The notes beneath the pieces were generated by a model. It did no database searches and was not told the origin of the DNA. It was given only the letters and a program-made list of their open reading frames with translations. The position numbers and the translations under genes were made by a program. This document shows, piece by piece, positions 18,561 through 28,660 of a stretch of DNA of 64,000 nucleotides (position 1 is the stretch's first letter; each line of letters opens with the position of its first letter). Origin of the DNA: a virus; IMG/VR virus record IMGVR_UViG_3300046534_001341, positions 1 to 64,000 of that record. The stretch is one strand, 5' to 3'.

Positions 18561-19697
18561 TTAAAACTTGTTGCCCATAGCCAGAATCTCCTCATCTGTC
18601 GCATTAAGCGGATCAAACGGAGCAGACTTCTTGCTACCAGGCGAACTCTTTGTCGAGCCAGCGGCTCGCTTCTTGTCTTTAAGTACTTTTGGGTCTACAG
18701 CTTTCTTAGCGGCTGGCTTCTTAGCAGGGGCTGTTTGTTGCCCTGTGAACATATTGTTCTTCTGCATGTGATTACCAACCTGCTGATAAGCTTCAATATC
18801 AGAAACACCTTTCAACCGCCCCAACATCCTTTCTTTATCAATCACTGTTTGAACCTGTGCATACGTACCGTTCTCGATATGTGCATTGATGGTTCCAATG
18901 ATTGAAGGATCTGCAACGATGGCTTCTTTACTGGACTTGTCCCACTTAGTGCTTACGACTTTGAGAGTTTCTTGGTAGCTGCTTGTTCCTTCGATTGCGT
19001 CAAAGGCAGCGTCAAGTTCTACTTCTTGGTCACCAACATTGTAAGTTTTAGGCTTATAAGAATCCCCCGCACCTTCGTTACTAGATTCAAGTGGGTCGTA
19101 ACCGCTTTCCTTGATCAGTGCTGCGATGGCTGCAGGGTCTTTCTTATCCAGATCAATCAACCGGTTTATTTTGTCTTCACTCAACAAACCGTTGTTGTCT
19201 AACATCTTCATCATACGAAGGTGCGGGGCCAGGCCCGTCATCTTCTTACCGTAGTTTGCTCCCATTTGCATAAGTTGTAGGGCTTCATCCACATTCTCTA
19301 TGCTGATGTCCTTCCCATTTGCTTTGAAAGTACGGAGTCTTTCAGGCAATAGTTCTACTTCTTTTTCAGGAGTATCTACTACTTCTCCCTCTGCGTCTAC
19401 CTCAGCGTCTTTATCTTCATCTGAAGTATCTACACCACCTTCATCCGTAACGTCGTCAGAGGCATCCTTATCAACCTCTGTGCCGTCATCTGAAGAGGCA
19501 TCATCATTATTATCAGGGCTGGTTGAAAGGTCGTCATCAAGATCACCGGCAGGAGTATCATCTTCCCCTTCCCCTTCCGGGGCCGGGGCCGGGGCCGGGT
19601 CTTCTATACCCGGTAGTTCCATTTCCATGAAGTCTTCATCCGACATGTCTAGGGATTCAAGGCTAGCACCTTCAGCGGCTACAGTATTTACAGACAT
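18561..19697 (-). CDS. N4 gp57-like protein (acidic N-terminus, possible scaffold)
   Basis: FKANGK and LMQMGANY motifs; between gp58-like and capsid genes. Confidence 0.8.
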   Translation of the reverse strand: MSVNTVAAEGASLESLDMSDEDFMEMELPGIEDPAPAPAPEGEGEDDTPAGDLDDDLSTSPDNNDDASSDDGTEVDKDASDDVTDEGGVDTSDEDKDAEVDAEGEVVDTPEKEVELLPERLRTFKANGKDISIENVDEALQLMQMGANYGKKMTGLAPHLRMMKMLDNNGLLSEDKINRLIDLDKKDPAAIAALIKESGYDPLESSNEGAGDSYKPKTYNVGDQEVELDAAFDAIEGTSSYQETLKVVSTKWDKSSKEAIVADPSIIGTINAHIENGTYAQVQTVIDKERMLGRLKGVSDIEAYQQVGNHMQKNNMFTGQQTAPAKKPAAKKAVDPKVLKDKKRAAGSTKSSPGSKKSAPFDPLNATDEEILAMGNKF

Positions 19698-19698
19698 A

Positions 19699-20037
19699 TT
19701 ACTGACCCTCTTCTTCAGCTATTTCATCACGGGTAATTTCATCCGCTTTCAATGAACGCTCTAACTGCTGGCCCTGTATGGAGATTGTAGAGAAGTACTG
19801 GCGTAGGTATGCAATAGCATCAATCTCACGCATAAGGCCTGACTGGTGCTCAGGGGTCTGCATCTGGGGTGCGCCACGTAGTAATACTAATCGGGATGCC
19901 TCATCAGAAAAGTAACCAGTATCGATTACCGTCTGGAAGTCTTTGTTCTTACTTAAACGAGAAAGGGCAGCGTTTTTAGCGATGCCCTTTTTTGCGGATT
20001 CAATTGAGATTTCGATTGCTTGTGATTCTTGTGACAT
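19699..20037 (-). CDS. N4 gp58-like protein
   Basis: LSKNKDFQTVIDTGYF motif; synteny. Confidence 0.75.
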   Translation of the reverse strand: MSQESQAIEISIESAKKGIAKNAALSRLSKNKDFQTVIDTGYFSDEASRLVLLRGAPQMQTPEHQSGLMREIDAIAYLRQYFSTISIQGQQLERSLKADEITRDEIAEEEGQ

Positions 20038-20107
20038 GGTATAGCCTCGTGTCCTGACCTTTCGGTTCAGATAGTGGTGGGGGCAAAATGCCCCCTAGTT
20101 TTGCTGA

Positions 20108-22267
20108 TTACTCAGCGGATTTCTTTACAGCTTTCTTGTCTTCAAGGCGTTCTTTCATTGCCCCTTGTACAAGATCACGTTCAATATTTGATGCAGCTTG
20201 TTCTCCTGCCAGCTCTAAGCTTCTAGCCTGCTTCACACCCGATTCAGTTTCAACATAATCCAAATCTTTCAGATCTGCTGTACTTCCAATCTCACGGGCC
20301 TTAGCTTGGTCTAACATAGCGTTGGCTTGATTCTCTGGACCCTTAGACATCTCTGTCTGGATCTGAGCTTTCAATAACTGGATCTCTAACATGGCTTTCT
20401 CTTGAGCCACTGGATCTGGTTTAGGCTCAAACTTAGCGAGTTTACGTGCTAGGTGCGGCATCTTACGCAATGTAGCTATCTCTGCCAAGATTAATTTTCG
20501 TAGGCCTGGATCTTCAGATGGCCCAAGTGTCTGCAACATGAAGGCCAACTCTTGTGCTTTCTGCTCATCAGCTTCTGGAGTAGAGATCGTCAAACGAAGG
20601 TCAAAGTTCTCAGTCAACTGGTCGCGACGTATGACCACAAACTCTTCAGCCGTAATACGAACAGTCTCTTCCTCTGACAAGAATTCCCCATTCATTGAGG
20701 CGATCATCAAACCTGTTTGGCGGATACCTTCACCTAGTCTAAGTAGGATGTCGAACTCTCGCTTGGCAGCAGCATCAAGGGCAGACTTACCTAAACCAGT
20801 ACTCTCACCTAACGAAGCGCCTGTGATACCAGAGCTGAATGCCTTGATACCTGTAAGGCTGTCAGCGTCTGCAAACTGCATATTAAGCATGAGGCTGGCT
20901 GATTGTGGGAACTCAGGATAAGTGTGCTGGAAGAAGGCCATACGAGGGTCTATGGCACCATTGTACTCATAATCCTCACCAGCGTCGAACTTACGTTTGT
21001 TGGTGATATCTAATGCATCCTTACGAGTACCCATCTGGCCATTGGCACTTTTACCAAGTAGATCCACCATACCACGAGTAACAGCACCTACGATCGCCTG
21101 ATTTTCAACAAGCAGGGCGCCGTCAGGCTCACCGTATATTGAGCGTCGAATAGGTAAGTAAGGTACCGATACGAATGGTAGCTTCTTATTCGGGAAAGGA
21201 TTCTCCTCCATTCGGATAAGGGTGTCACCTACCCATGTAGCAACAATCGGTTTAGTAATACCTGAACCATCGATATCGTAGTAACCCCAATACTCGTAAG
21301 CCACAAACTTCTTACGGGCGTCATCATCGAAACCAAAGGTCTCATCGTCGTCACTCTCATGGTCTGGAGTCGATAGAACTGAGTTAGCCTCGATACTTAT
21401 CTTATCCAGGTTCTTGTAGATACCTGCCTTCTTGAGGTTAGATTTGGATGTCTCAAAGCTGTAGATAATAAACTCAGCCTTATCCAAATCACCCTTACAA
21501 GTAGGGTCTATAATTACGTTACGGTTGTCACACACCTCAACGGTAGGTTTGTTTACTGTAGTACGGAACTCAGATTGCTCCTCCTCACCAACCTCCACAG
21601 CAGTGTGTAATTGTCCGGTACGCATAGTGAACTCAAAAGCCTCACGTATCTCCTCAGGTAATTGCTCATAAGCTAGTGGGTCATTTTGTGATAAAGCACC
21701 CGTGATTTGATGTTGGCGTGCATGCTTAGGCTCATTAGATTGATGTATCTCAAAGATCGGGACCATGAATTTATCTTCTATTTCTTGGAAGTCCCAGCCG
21801 GTACGCACAATAACCGTACCTTCATCAACTAGAGTGCGTACATAGTCATTGATAAACTTGATTTTCTGCAACTGGTTATTGAACTGGTGGTTTAGCAACA
21901 AACCATTTTGAACAGATGAGTCTTTATCCTCCGAGGTCATAGGCTCAGCATTGTACAAATCATCAGTGCTTAGGAATGGTTGACTTAAGGCAGAGTAACG
22001 CCACTCAGCATGTTTACGTATTAGTTTGGGCTGCACAGAGGATTGTTTTTTGCTGGTCTTTATCTTAGCTGATCCAGTGACATTCAGGTTATCAAGCCAT
22101 GTACGTATCTTAGACATCTGGGTGTCGTGACCTGATTTGGCCTCTGACAGGTCAGCCTTCAAATCTTTTAAGGTAGGTTCTTTTTCCCAGTCGGTAAGTT
22201 CATTGGGGTTATCAATATCATCCACCTCAATACGATCATCGGTCTCTGTAGTCTCATTCTCTGACAT
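20108..22267 (-). CDS. Portal protein (N4 gp59-like)
   Basis: LTDWEKEPTL, QPKLIRKHAEWRY, GAVTRGMVDLLGKSANGQ motifs; 719 aa. Confidence 0.93.
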   Translation of the reverse strand: MSENETTETDDRIEVDDIDNPNELTDWEKEPTLKDLKADLSEAKSGHDTQMSKIRTWLDNLNVTGSAKIKTSKKQSSVQPKLIRKHAEWRYSALSQPFLSTDDLYNAEPMTSEDKDSSVQNGLLLNHQFNNQLQKIKFINDYVRTLVDEGTVIVRTGWDFQEIEDKFMVPIFEIHQSNEPKHARQHQITGALSQNDPLAYEQLPEEIREAFEFTMRTGQLHTAVEVGEEEQSEFRTTVNKPTVEVCDNRNVIIDPTCKGDLDKAEFIIYSFETSKSNLKKAGIYKNLDKISIEANSVLSTPDHESDDDETFGFDDDARKKFVAYEYWGYYDIDGSGITKPIVATWVGDTLIRMEENPFPNKKLPFVSVPYLPIRRSIYGEPDGALLVENQAIVGAVTRGMVDLLGKSANGQMGTRKDALDITNKRKFDAGEDYEYNGAIDPRMAFFQHTYPEFPQSASLMLNMQFADADSLTGIKAFSSGITGASLGESTGLGKSALDAAAKREFDILLRLGEGIRQTGLMIASMNGEFLSEEETVRITAEEFVVIRRDQLTENFDLRLTISTPEADEQKAQELAFMLQTLGPSEDPGLRKLILAEIATLRKMPHLARKLAKFEPKPDPVAQEKAMLEIQLLKAQIQTEMSKGPENQANAMLDQAKAREIGSTADLKDLDYVETESGVKQARSLELAGEQAASNIERDLVQGAMKERLEDKKAVKKSAE

Positions 22268-22385
22268 GGGGGGTATCCGTATTATGTTAATAAGTAAAGG
22301 TAGGTGGGGATGGTATTATAAATTGTGAACTGTGGCAAAGGTATATACTATATGCGCTTTTCCACACTTCGATACAGGAACCTAT

Positions 22386-22946
22386 ATGGCAATCCCTATT
22401 CTGTTAGGCATCACTGGTAAAAAGAGATCAGGCAAAGGCACCATAACCGCCTACTTACAAAAAACCTATGGCTTCAAAGAATACCACTTCTCCAAACCAA
22501 TCAAAGAAGGCCTCATGGCCATGTTCGGCCTAACTCGCGACCAAGTATACAAAGGTGATCGTAACGAAATCATACCTGGTTTAGGTATGTCCATACGTGA
22601 CCTGATGACATCCTTGGCTAATGACTGGGGGCACGACATGGTTACCCCTGACATCTGGTTGTTGCCTGCTAAAGTTCAGATAATGACCCATAAAGAATTA
22701 GGTACCTTATTGCTTATATCTGATGTGCGTCGTGACAATGAAGCCGAGTTAATCCATGATGCTGATGGCCTTATCTTAGAAGTAACCTCCCGACACACTA
22801 ATAAGATTAGGCCTGATCATAAAATTGAAAGTGGTATAAGCTCTCATCTTATTGACGAGACTGTTCATTGGTCTGGTACGTATGCTTACCGTGAGGAGTT
22901 GTATATTAAACTAGATAAGTTCATGGCCACCATCAGGAGAGACTAA
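22386..22946 (+). CDS. Deoxynucleoside monophosphate kinase
   Basis: P-loop GKKRSGKGT, FSKPIKE, ISDVR..NE, H..E.GI; ATG at 22386 after AGGA. Confidence 0.85.
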   Translation: MAIPILLGITGKKRSGKGTITAYLQKTYGFKEYHFSKPIKEGLMAMFGLTRDQVYKGDRNEIIPGLGMSIRDLMTSLANDWGHDMVTPDIWLLPAKVQIMTHKELGTLLLISDVRRDNEAELIHDADGLILEVTSRHTNKIRPDHKIESGISSHLIDETVHWSGTYAYREELYIKLDKFMATIRRD

Positions 22947-23389
22947 TGAGTCGTAACTATAAATTCAGTAACAGAAGTCAAAGCATCATAAATAGCACCC
23001 ATACAGTTATGCAGCGTTTGTGCCAAGAGGCTTTGTTCATAGCCAACGCACGCAAACTACATTGTCCAGATTTCGGCATTAGTCGTGGGCGATCTACCAC
23101 TGAAGAGCAGGCAGCTTTATATACTAAAGGTCGTACCAACCCTGGAGCCATAGTCACTAACTGTGATGGTATCAAGAATCGGTCAGTTCATCAGGACGCA
23201 CTGGCTATCGATTTTTATGGTTACGTGGATGGTAAGACTGATTATTCGGATGGAGTGATTGCGCTCATTGCCACCTGCTTCATGGAGGCAGCTAGCAACT
23301 TACGCATTAACATTGACTGGGGTGGTAGTTTTAAATCAATCAGTGACGGGGCACATATTGAAGTGATCTTATGGGATGAACCTAACTAG
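22946..23389 (+). CDS. Endolysin, M15-family L-alanyl-D-glutamate peptidase
   Basis: EEQAALYTKGRT, S-x-H, AIDF, WGG, DGAHIE Zn-peptidase motifs. Confidence 0.88.
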   Translation: MSRNYKFSNRSQSIINSTHTVMQRLCQEALFIANARKLHCPDFGISRGRSTTEEQAALYTKGRTNPGAIVTNCDGIKNRSVHQDALAIDFYGYVDGKTDYSDGVIALIATCFMEAASNLRINIDWGGSFKSISDGAHIEVILWDEPN

Positions 23390-23633
23390 GTCCTAGACCA
23401 CTCAAATATTTCTTATCAATGTTGCATATCTCGATCTCTTGTACCGAGGACTTGTAAGCGTTGATAAGAGATTCATTTACGTACACCCCCCCTATTTTTT
23501 CTAAAATTGGCACCTTGTGTTGAACCAATCTATTTATGGGTAGCGACATCGTACGATACTCAGTCTTCATCACTGGCTTGCAAGATGAGAATAAGCCCGT
23601 CGGGAATCTCGGCCCGAAGATAACTAGCAACAA
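23382..23633 (-). CDS. Outer-membrane spanin (Rz1-like lipoprotein); start uncertain
   Basis: Hydrophobic stretch plus LFSSC lipobox overlapping the i-spanin 3' end in another frame; C-terminal ICNIDK. No clear ATG, TTG start assumed. Confidence 0.65.
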   Translation of the reverse strand: MLLVIFGPRFPTGLFSSCKPVMKTEYRTMSLPINRLVQHKVPILEKIGGVYVNESLINAYKSSVQEIEICNIDKKYLSGLGPS

Positions 23634-23886
23634 CAGTATCGCTATTGCGTAATTTTTCCATTTCGATTGCTTTAGCTTGGTTATCTGAGTAGAGGTGTTT
23701 AATCTCTTTTTCAGTGACGAGAGCTGCAGCCGCATAGTCTCCAATTTTTCCATAGTACTTATCCACCAATTCAGATTGCTCAACCACCGTTTGGCTAAGC
23801 TGTTTGTTGTTTTGTGACAGTTCCCCATTTCCATGGGCCTGCCACCCGTTGATCCCGAGGGATATGAGTAAAATTATTTCAAGCAT
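23560..23886 (-). CDS. Inner-membrane spanin (Rz-like)
   Basis: N-terminal hydrophobic segment, coiled-coil body, overlaps the lipoprotein gene. Confidence 0.7.
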   Translation of the reverse strand: MLEIILLISLGINGWQAHGNGELSQNNKQLSQTVVEQSELVDKYYGKIGDYAAAALVTEKEIKHLYSDNQAKAIEMEKLRNSDTVVASYLRAEIPDGLILILQASDED

Positions 23887-24091
23887 TCGGATGTACCCTC
23901 TTGTCTTTATCATCCACCATGGCAGTCCATTTATACAAACCTACCGTGGTACCTACGAACAAATATATAGGGGAAGATAGGGCTAATAACCCTGGGTCGT
24001 ACAAACACATGCCAGGGTAACCAATCAACCCCATAAGCAACGACAGCCAAGCCATGTACCTACGATTCTTCCAGTAGTCTAGTGTGTTCAT
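23879..24091 (-). CDS. Holin (two TM segments)
   Basis: WKNRRYMAWLSL, two hydrophobic helices, basic C-tail, upstream of spanins. Confidence 0.75.
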   Translation of the reverse strand: MNTLDYWKNRRYMAWLSLLMGLIGYPGMCLYDPGLLALSSPIYLFVGTTVGLYKWTAMVDDKDKRVHPNA

Positions 24092-24130
24092 ATTTAAATC
24101 CTTATGTTGCGGGGCCGAAGCCCCTATTAG

Positions 24131-27100
24131 TTAAACCTTCAGAAGGCGTATGCCGTTTAGGTTAGAGTTATTTTTAGGATCTATTGTGACTGAAAGTAAC
24201 CCATCACCGCCAATTACCGTAATCTCATCGAAGATAACAAGATCCACGTAAGGCTGAGATCTACCACCAGTATCATGAAGTGTGCCATTCAAGGTTACAT
24301 CAATTGCCCCATCATCATTGGTATTCTCACGGTAGTGTATGGTTACCACCTGTACTCTCCATGTCTCACCAACAACAAAATCTGTACCTGAGTACACAAA
24401 CCTAGCTGTGTCATTAGCAGCCATGTAAACGTACCTACCCCATAGGTTTACATGTATGTCTAAACCCTTTTCAGCCAACCTAGCCAATACATTGGTATCA
24501 GAAGCAGCCGTGCTATCTAAATTACTCCAACTATCAATACTACCACCACCCGCAGGGTTGTCATACGTGATTGACATATCAGTCACTACATCCGCATCAT
24601 TCCTCCACATACCACCTAAAGTTATAGGTGTAGTATTTAAGCTACGTATCCAGTTTATAGCCTCACCACCTGCACCATTACCAGCACCATTACCAGATGA
24701 GTCACTATAGCCCGCATCTAGGTTCTGTGTTGCACCACCTGAGTTACCGAAAGAAAACCAGTACTGCACATTTTTAACTGTAACGGTAATAGTATAACCA
24801 GTCGTGGTAGTTGAACCGTAAGCGTTAGTGAAGATACAGGTATAAACTGAACCTGAATCCGACAGCAAAGCATTTGATGAGTAAGATGTGTTAGTTGCCC
24901 CAGCAATGTCGACACCATCTTTCTGCCATTTCTGGGTAGTCGCACCTACAGCCGCAGCCGAAACAGTGAATGGCTCGCCTTCAATACGGGTATCACCAGA
25001 AGTAGGTTCCTGAGAGATCGTGGGTGGGGTAGATAAAATAGACATAGTAGCTAACCTAGATGTGGTCATACCGCCTGCATTGGTGGCAGTGCGTTTGTAC
25101 ACCCTGTTGTTATGTCCTGCGGTGGTAGTAACTGAAAGATCAAAGGCAGTCTCACCATTCATCAGTACATCATCTTCGTACCACTGACCTGATGATTCAC
25201 TACTCACCAAAGTTCTGAATATTACAGTCTCACCGGCGATGGTGTCTATATCCAAAGGTTCAAGGGTATAGGTAACAGCTTGGGGTGTAGCCGCAGGAGT
25301 ACCATCAGTAATCTTATTGAAGGTTACATAAGATAAAGCGAATGCCTGTCCTGAACGGGCAGCAAAGGAAACCGTAATGGCACCAGCAGAACTAGCCTTA
25401 ACCACTTTATCGTAAACGACGTGGGCATCCTTGTTGGCGTTCATCTCCCCTAGAACATCATTTACATTAGCATCAATTAAGTTATCTCCTGCACCCCAAT
25501 GTACTCCGATCACTACACGGTAGTTCACACCAGAATCAAAACCAGCAGCGGTAAAAGCAATAGTCTCCCCGTTAAGGACAGCAGAACCATTTTCGTCTAA
25601 CTCTACATAGGGTGCAAATACATCCGTAACAGGGTTAGAGTTACCTCCGTAACCACCACCACTCAATCCACCAGATGATAATGAGGTGATTGTACCTATA
25701 CCTGTACCGTCAGTGTCCTGTAACGAACCTTGTGTACTTAGTGTATTGAACTGGCGTATGCCATTGATGACCTTACCCCCGGCAGTGATGGTGTGGTTGT
25801 ATAGATTACCTGGGGTACTAAATGAGGTCGCATTACCAGAACCAAAATCTATAATCACTTCTTGTGGGGGTATTACAGCAACAGCCTCCACATTCAAAGT
25901 AAGGGTTATATCCACTTCTTGCGCTGTAGTATCCTCGTAAGTAAATACAACAACCGTATCCCCTAATAGATCCCCACGAGGTGTGAATGTGAACACCCCA
26001 TCAGTTAAATCAGTAGAGGTGAAATCAGCACCTGTAATAGTTTTAACTGTCATACGGGAAGCAACGATTGGAGTGTCATCCCTCAAGTTTGAGGCTGAAG
26101 GTATATTGATTTTACCCTCAACAGCCTGGGTACCTGTACGTGAAAAAGAATTTCCGATGGGAACAGCCCCATCAGCTAAACCATTAACAATAGACTCGTT
26201 TTGAATCACATCAACAGCCGTGATTATGTCGGCAATGAACTGAGAAGACATACCATATTTGGTTCCTACGTTACCGCCGCTCGGTATTTCAAATAGGTTA
26301 TCTGCGGCTGAGATACCAGTCAGACATTTGAAAGTAGCTAAGGCATTCACATACGCCTGCCCATAACTTGGGTGGAATGTGTCGTTACCGCCTGAGTATA
26401 GGTGAGTAACAGGAGGGAGGAAATTCACACTACCTACACTTTGGGTGTTGGTGATGTAGGCTGCATCCATATTACCCAGTTCTTCCATGATCTCAGCAGT
26501 ACGTATAATCAACATACCGTGCTTAGCTTGTAATTGATCTGAGTTAATCAAAGCATTTGGTAAGGTACCAACATCAGTGGACCCAGCCCAAGACTGGTAC
26601 ATGATAGGGATCGCTCCCTTGGCTTCCGCATCTGAAGCCATATCGACCATACGATCAATCCAACCAATAGAGCCCGCCCCTGGGGCAGAGTTTGCCACAA
26701 CCGGATCAGCCGTAATACCAGAATCACTACCATAGGCAGAGTAGATGATAACCGACGAGCTGGTGGCTTGTGTGTGGGTTTTGGCGGCAGAGCTGTTTAT
26801 ATTGTCCGAGCCTTGATCTATGAAGTTGAAATCATCAACGTAACCGGCAATATTATTTGCTAGGTACATTTGGCCAACCATTTTATAAACTGATGGGTTG
26901 TGTACATCAGGAGGTGTCGTAGAACCTGCAGTGTTATAACCAGTCATAACATAATTCATAGTCGACCAACCTGAATAGGCGATCAATGTAGGTATTTCGA
27001 CAGAGGCTGCGGCCACAGTAATAGTGATGGTAGCTACAACATCCACACCTATCCCATCACTAGCTGTGACAGTCAATGATTCCGTCTGCTCAAGTGGACC

Positions 27101-28270
27101 ATTATATATGATCTCGTTGGTGGCAGTACCCGGTAGGAAGTTAGATGAGCCTGTTACCGCAAATGTAACATTATCCCCGTCAGCATCTGTAGCAGGCCCT
27201 AGGATTATAGTTAAGTCATTACCCACAGAAGTATTTAGGTTTTGGTCTATCACCGCCGGAAGGCTGTTAGCGTCAGCAGCAGTAACATCTATTCTTACGG
27301 TGCCGTCATCGGTACCACCACGACTATCATTACCGGTAACAACCATAGTCACTGAACCAACAGTGGCTGAGTTGAATGTCATGATACGCCCGTTGATAGT
27401 AAAATCAGAGCTACCAACAGCGGTGTAGATAATTGCATCCCCATCCGCATCATTTAACGGCCCTAAGGTAATTGATAGGTCTTCATTCTCAATTACAGTC
27501 AGAAGTAACTGATCAGGCACTACTGGATTATTAGGGTTCAAAAACACAACCCCAATTGTCAACGTACCTGTATCAGAGACCGTACCATCAGAACCACTAA
27601 TGACTATGGTTCTAGTCCCTTCTGTGGCAACATTGAGGGTTAATTTGTTTGTGGTGATTGAGTACTCAGCACTATTGGTGGCAGAGTAAGTAATCGTATC
27701 CCCATCGACATCAGTTAATGGGCCAAGGGTTACCTCATAATTTATACCTGTAGTGGTACTTAGATTTTGATCGTTAACCACAGGAGCGTTGTTACCGTCA
27801 GCGGCTTCAGTCACTGTGATGGTGGATTGGGCTGTGCCTGTATTTCCGGCGGCATCAATAGCACTGTAGGTAACCGTGTACACATTCTCGGTAAGGGGGT
27901 CAGGATGCGAAGCCAAGTTATTGGTTACGACAAGTGACCCATCGATATCATCCAAGGCACTACTTGAAGAAATATAAAGAGCTAATGAGGCGTGGGTAAT
28001 GCCAGCAGCACCGTAGGCATAGATTCTTGTGGTGGGACCGGGGGTAGTAACCACAGGATTATTGGTATCTGGGGTAGGTGTTTCACCACCACCACCTCCA
28101 CCTAACCATCCTGCGCCACCCTGTTCGGTCGTTATAATTTCACTGATTGAACCATAAGTAGCTTCAAGCTCTCGGTACACAGCAGCCCCGTTACCAACAC
28201 CAGCTAAACCTCGGGCACCCATCAGCACCTGTACGGTCTTCACCTCACGGATTTTTACTTTATCAACCAT
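24131..28270 (-). CDS. Large multidomain tail/adhesin protein (HYR/cadherin-like and Ig repeats, SGNH-like domain)
   Basis: Repeated NxxPVVxDQ...DxDGDxxxY units, GWS...DTFHPS, WQKDG...DSGSVYTC Ig motif. Confidence 0.7.
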   Translation of the reverse strand: MVDKVKIREVKTVQVLMGARGLAGVGNGAAVYRELEATYGSISEIITTEQGGAGWLGGGGGGETPTPDTNNPVVTTPGPTTRIYAYGAAGITHASLALYISSSSALDDIDGSLVVTNNLASHPDPLTENVYTVTYSAIDAAGNTGTAQSTITVTEAADGNNAPVVNDQNLSTTTGINYEVTLGPLTDVDGDTITYSATNSAEYSITTNKLTLNVATEGTRTIVISGSDGTVSDTGTLTIGVVFLNPNNPVVPDQLLLTVIENEDLSITLGPLNDADGDAIIYTAVGSSDFTINGRIMTFNSATVGSVTMVVTGNDSRGGTDDGTVRIDVTAADANSLPAVIDQNLNTSVGNDLTIILGPATDADGDNVTFAVTGSSNFLPGTATNEIIYNGPLEQTESLTVTASDGIGVDVVATITITVAAASVEIPTLIAYSGWSTMNYVMTGYNTAGSTTPPDVHNPSVYKMVGQMYLANNIAGYVDDFNFIDQGSDNINSSAAKTHTQATSSSVIIYSAYGSDSGITADPVVANSAPGAGSIGWIDRMVDMASDAEAKGAIPIMYQSWAGSTDVGTLPNALINSDQLQAKHGMLIIRTAEIMEELGNMDAAYITNTQSVGSVNFLPPVTHLYSGGNDTFHPSYGQAYVNALATFKCLTGISAADNLFEIPSGGNVGTKYGMSSQFIADIITAVDVIQNESIVNGLADGAVPIGNSFSRTGTQAVEGKINIPSASNLRDDTPIVASRMTVKTITGADFTSTDLTDGVFTFTPRGDLLGDTVVVFTYEDTTAQEVDITLTLNVEAVAVIPPQEVIIDFGSGNATSFSTPGNLYNHTITAGGKVINGIRQFNTLSTQGSLQDTDGTGIGTITSLSSGGLSGGGYGGNSNPVTDVFAPYVELDENGSAVLNGETIAFTAAGFDSGVNYRVVIGVHWGAGDNLIDANVNDVLGEMNANKDAHVVYDKVVKASSAGAITVSFAARSGQAFALSYVTFNKITDGTPAATPQAVTYTLEPLDIDTIAGETVIFRTLVSSESSGQWYEDDVLMNGETAFDLSVTTTAGHNNRVYKRTATNAGGMTTSRLATMSILSTPPTISQEPTSGDTRIEGEPFTVSAAAVGATTQKWQKDGVDIAGATNTSYSSNALLSDSGSVYTCIFTNAYGSTTTTGYTITVTVKNVQYWFSFGNSGGATQNLDAGYSDSSGNGAGNGAGGEAINWIRSLNTTPITLGGMWRNDADVVTDMSITYDNPAGGGSIDSWSNLDSTAASDTNVLARLAEKGLDIHVNLWGRYVYMAANDTARFVYSGTDFVVGETWRVQVVTIHYRENTNDDGAIDVTLNGTLHDTGGRSQPYVDLVIFDEITVIGGDGLLSVTIDPKNNSNLNGIRLLKV

Positions 28271-28656
28271 TACCGCACCACTCCTTTAATAAATTGAATT
28301 CTACCAGTTAATACTGTTGTTACGAAACCATCTGAGTATGTAAGACGACAACCGTACACAAAAGTTTTCTTGGTTTCGTTGCCTGTTAGAAACAAGGCCG
28401 TCTTGGATTGATCAATAGAGAACTGAAGTAAACTAGGGGTAGGGTCAAGCACATCCCCATCAGTTGGTATCACCACACCCTCAGAAGCATCAGAGGTAAA
28501 TAACGTATCCACAGACAATACAGAATTACGTATTTGTAGCTCCACGGTGGCGCCTACGAGATCTGTGACTGGCTCACCCTTATCATCCAACAAGGATAAA
28601 TCAATAGAAAGCGTGTTCCCGACTATATGGTCGAAGTGATATTGTTGTATAACCAT
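28270..28656 (-). CDS. BppU-like tail adaptor protein
   Basis: GNTLSIDL...PVTDLVG...LQIR...T.VLTGRI pattern; likely start MVIQQ after the ThiE-like stop; coupled to the 1379-aa gene. Confidence 0.6.
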   Translation of the reverse strand: MVIQQYHFDHIVGNTLSIDLSLLDDKGEPVTDLVGATVELQIRNSVLSVDTLFTSDASEGVVIPTDGDVLDPTPSLLQFSIDQSKTALFLTGNETKKTFVYGCRLTYSDGFVTTVLTGRIQFIKGVVR

Positions 28657-28660
28657 GAGT

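Noticed and set aside
19579-19599. (GGGGCC)3GGG, G-quadruplex-like tract
   Set aside because: Explained as the PAPAPAP linker codons of the gp57-like gene on the minus strand; single occurrence.
22300-22350. Possible divergent sigma70 promoters between portal and dNMP kinase
   Set aside because: TATAAT/TATACT hexamers are present but -35 spacing is non-canonical; not called.
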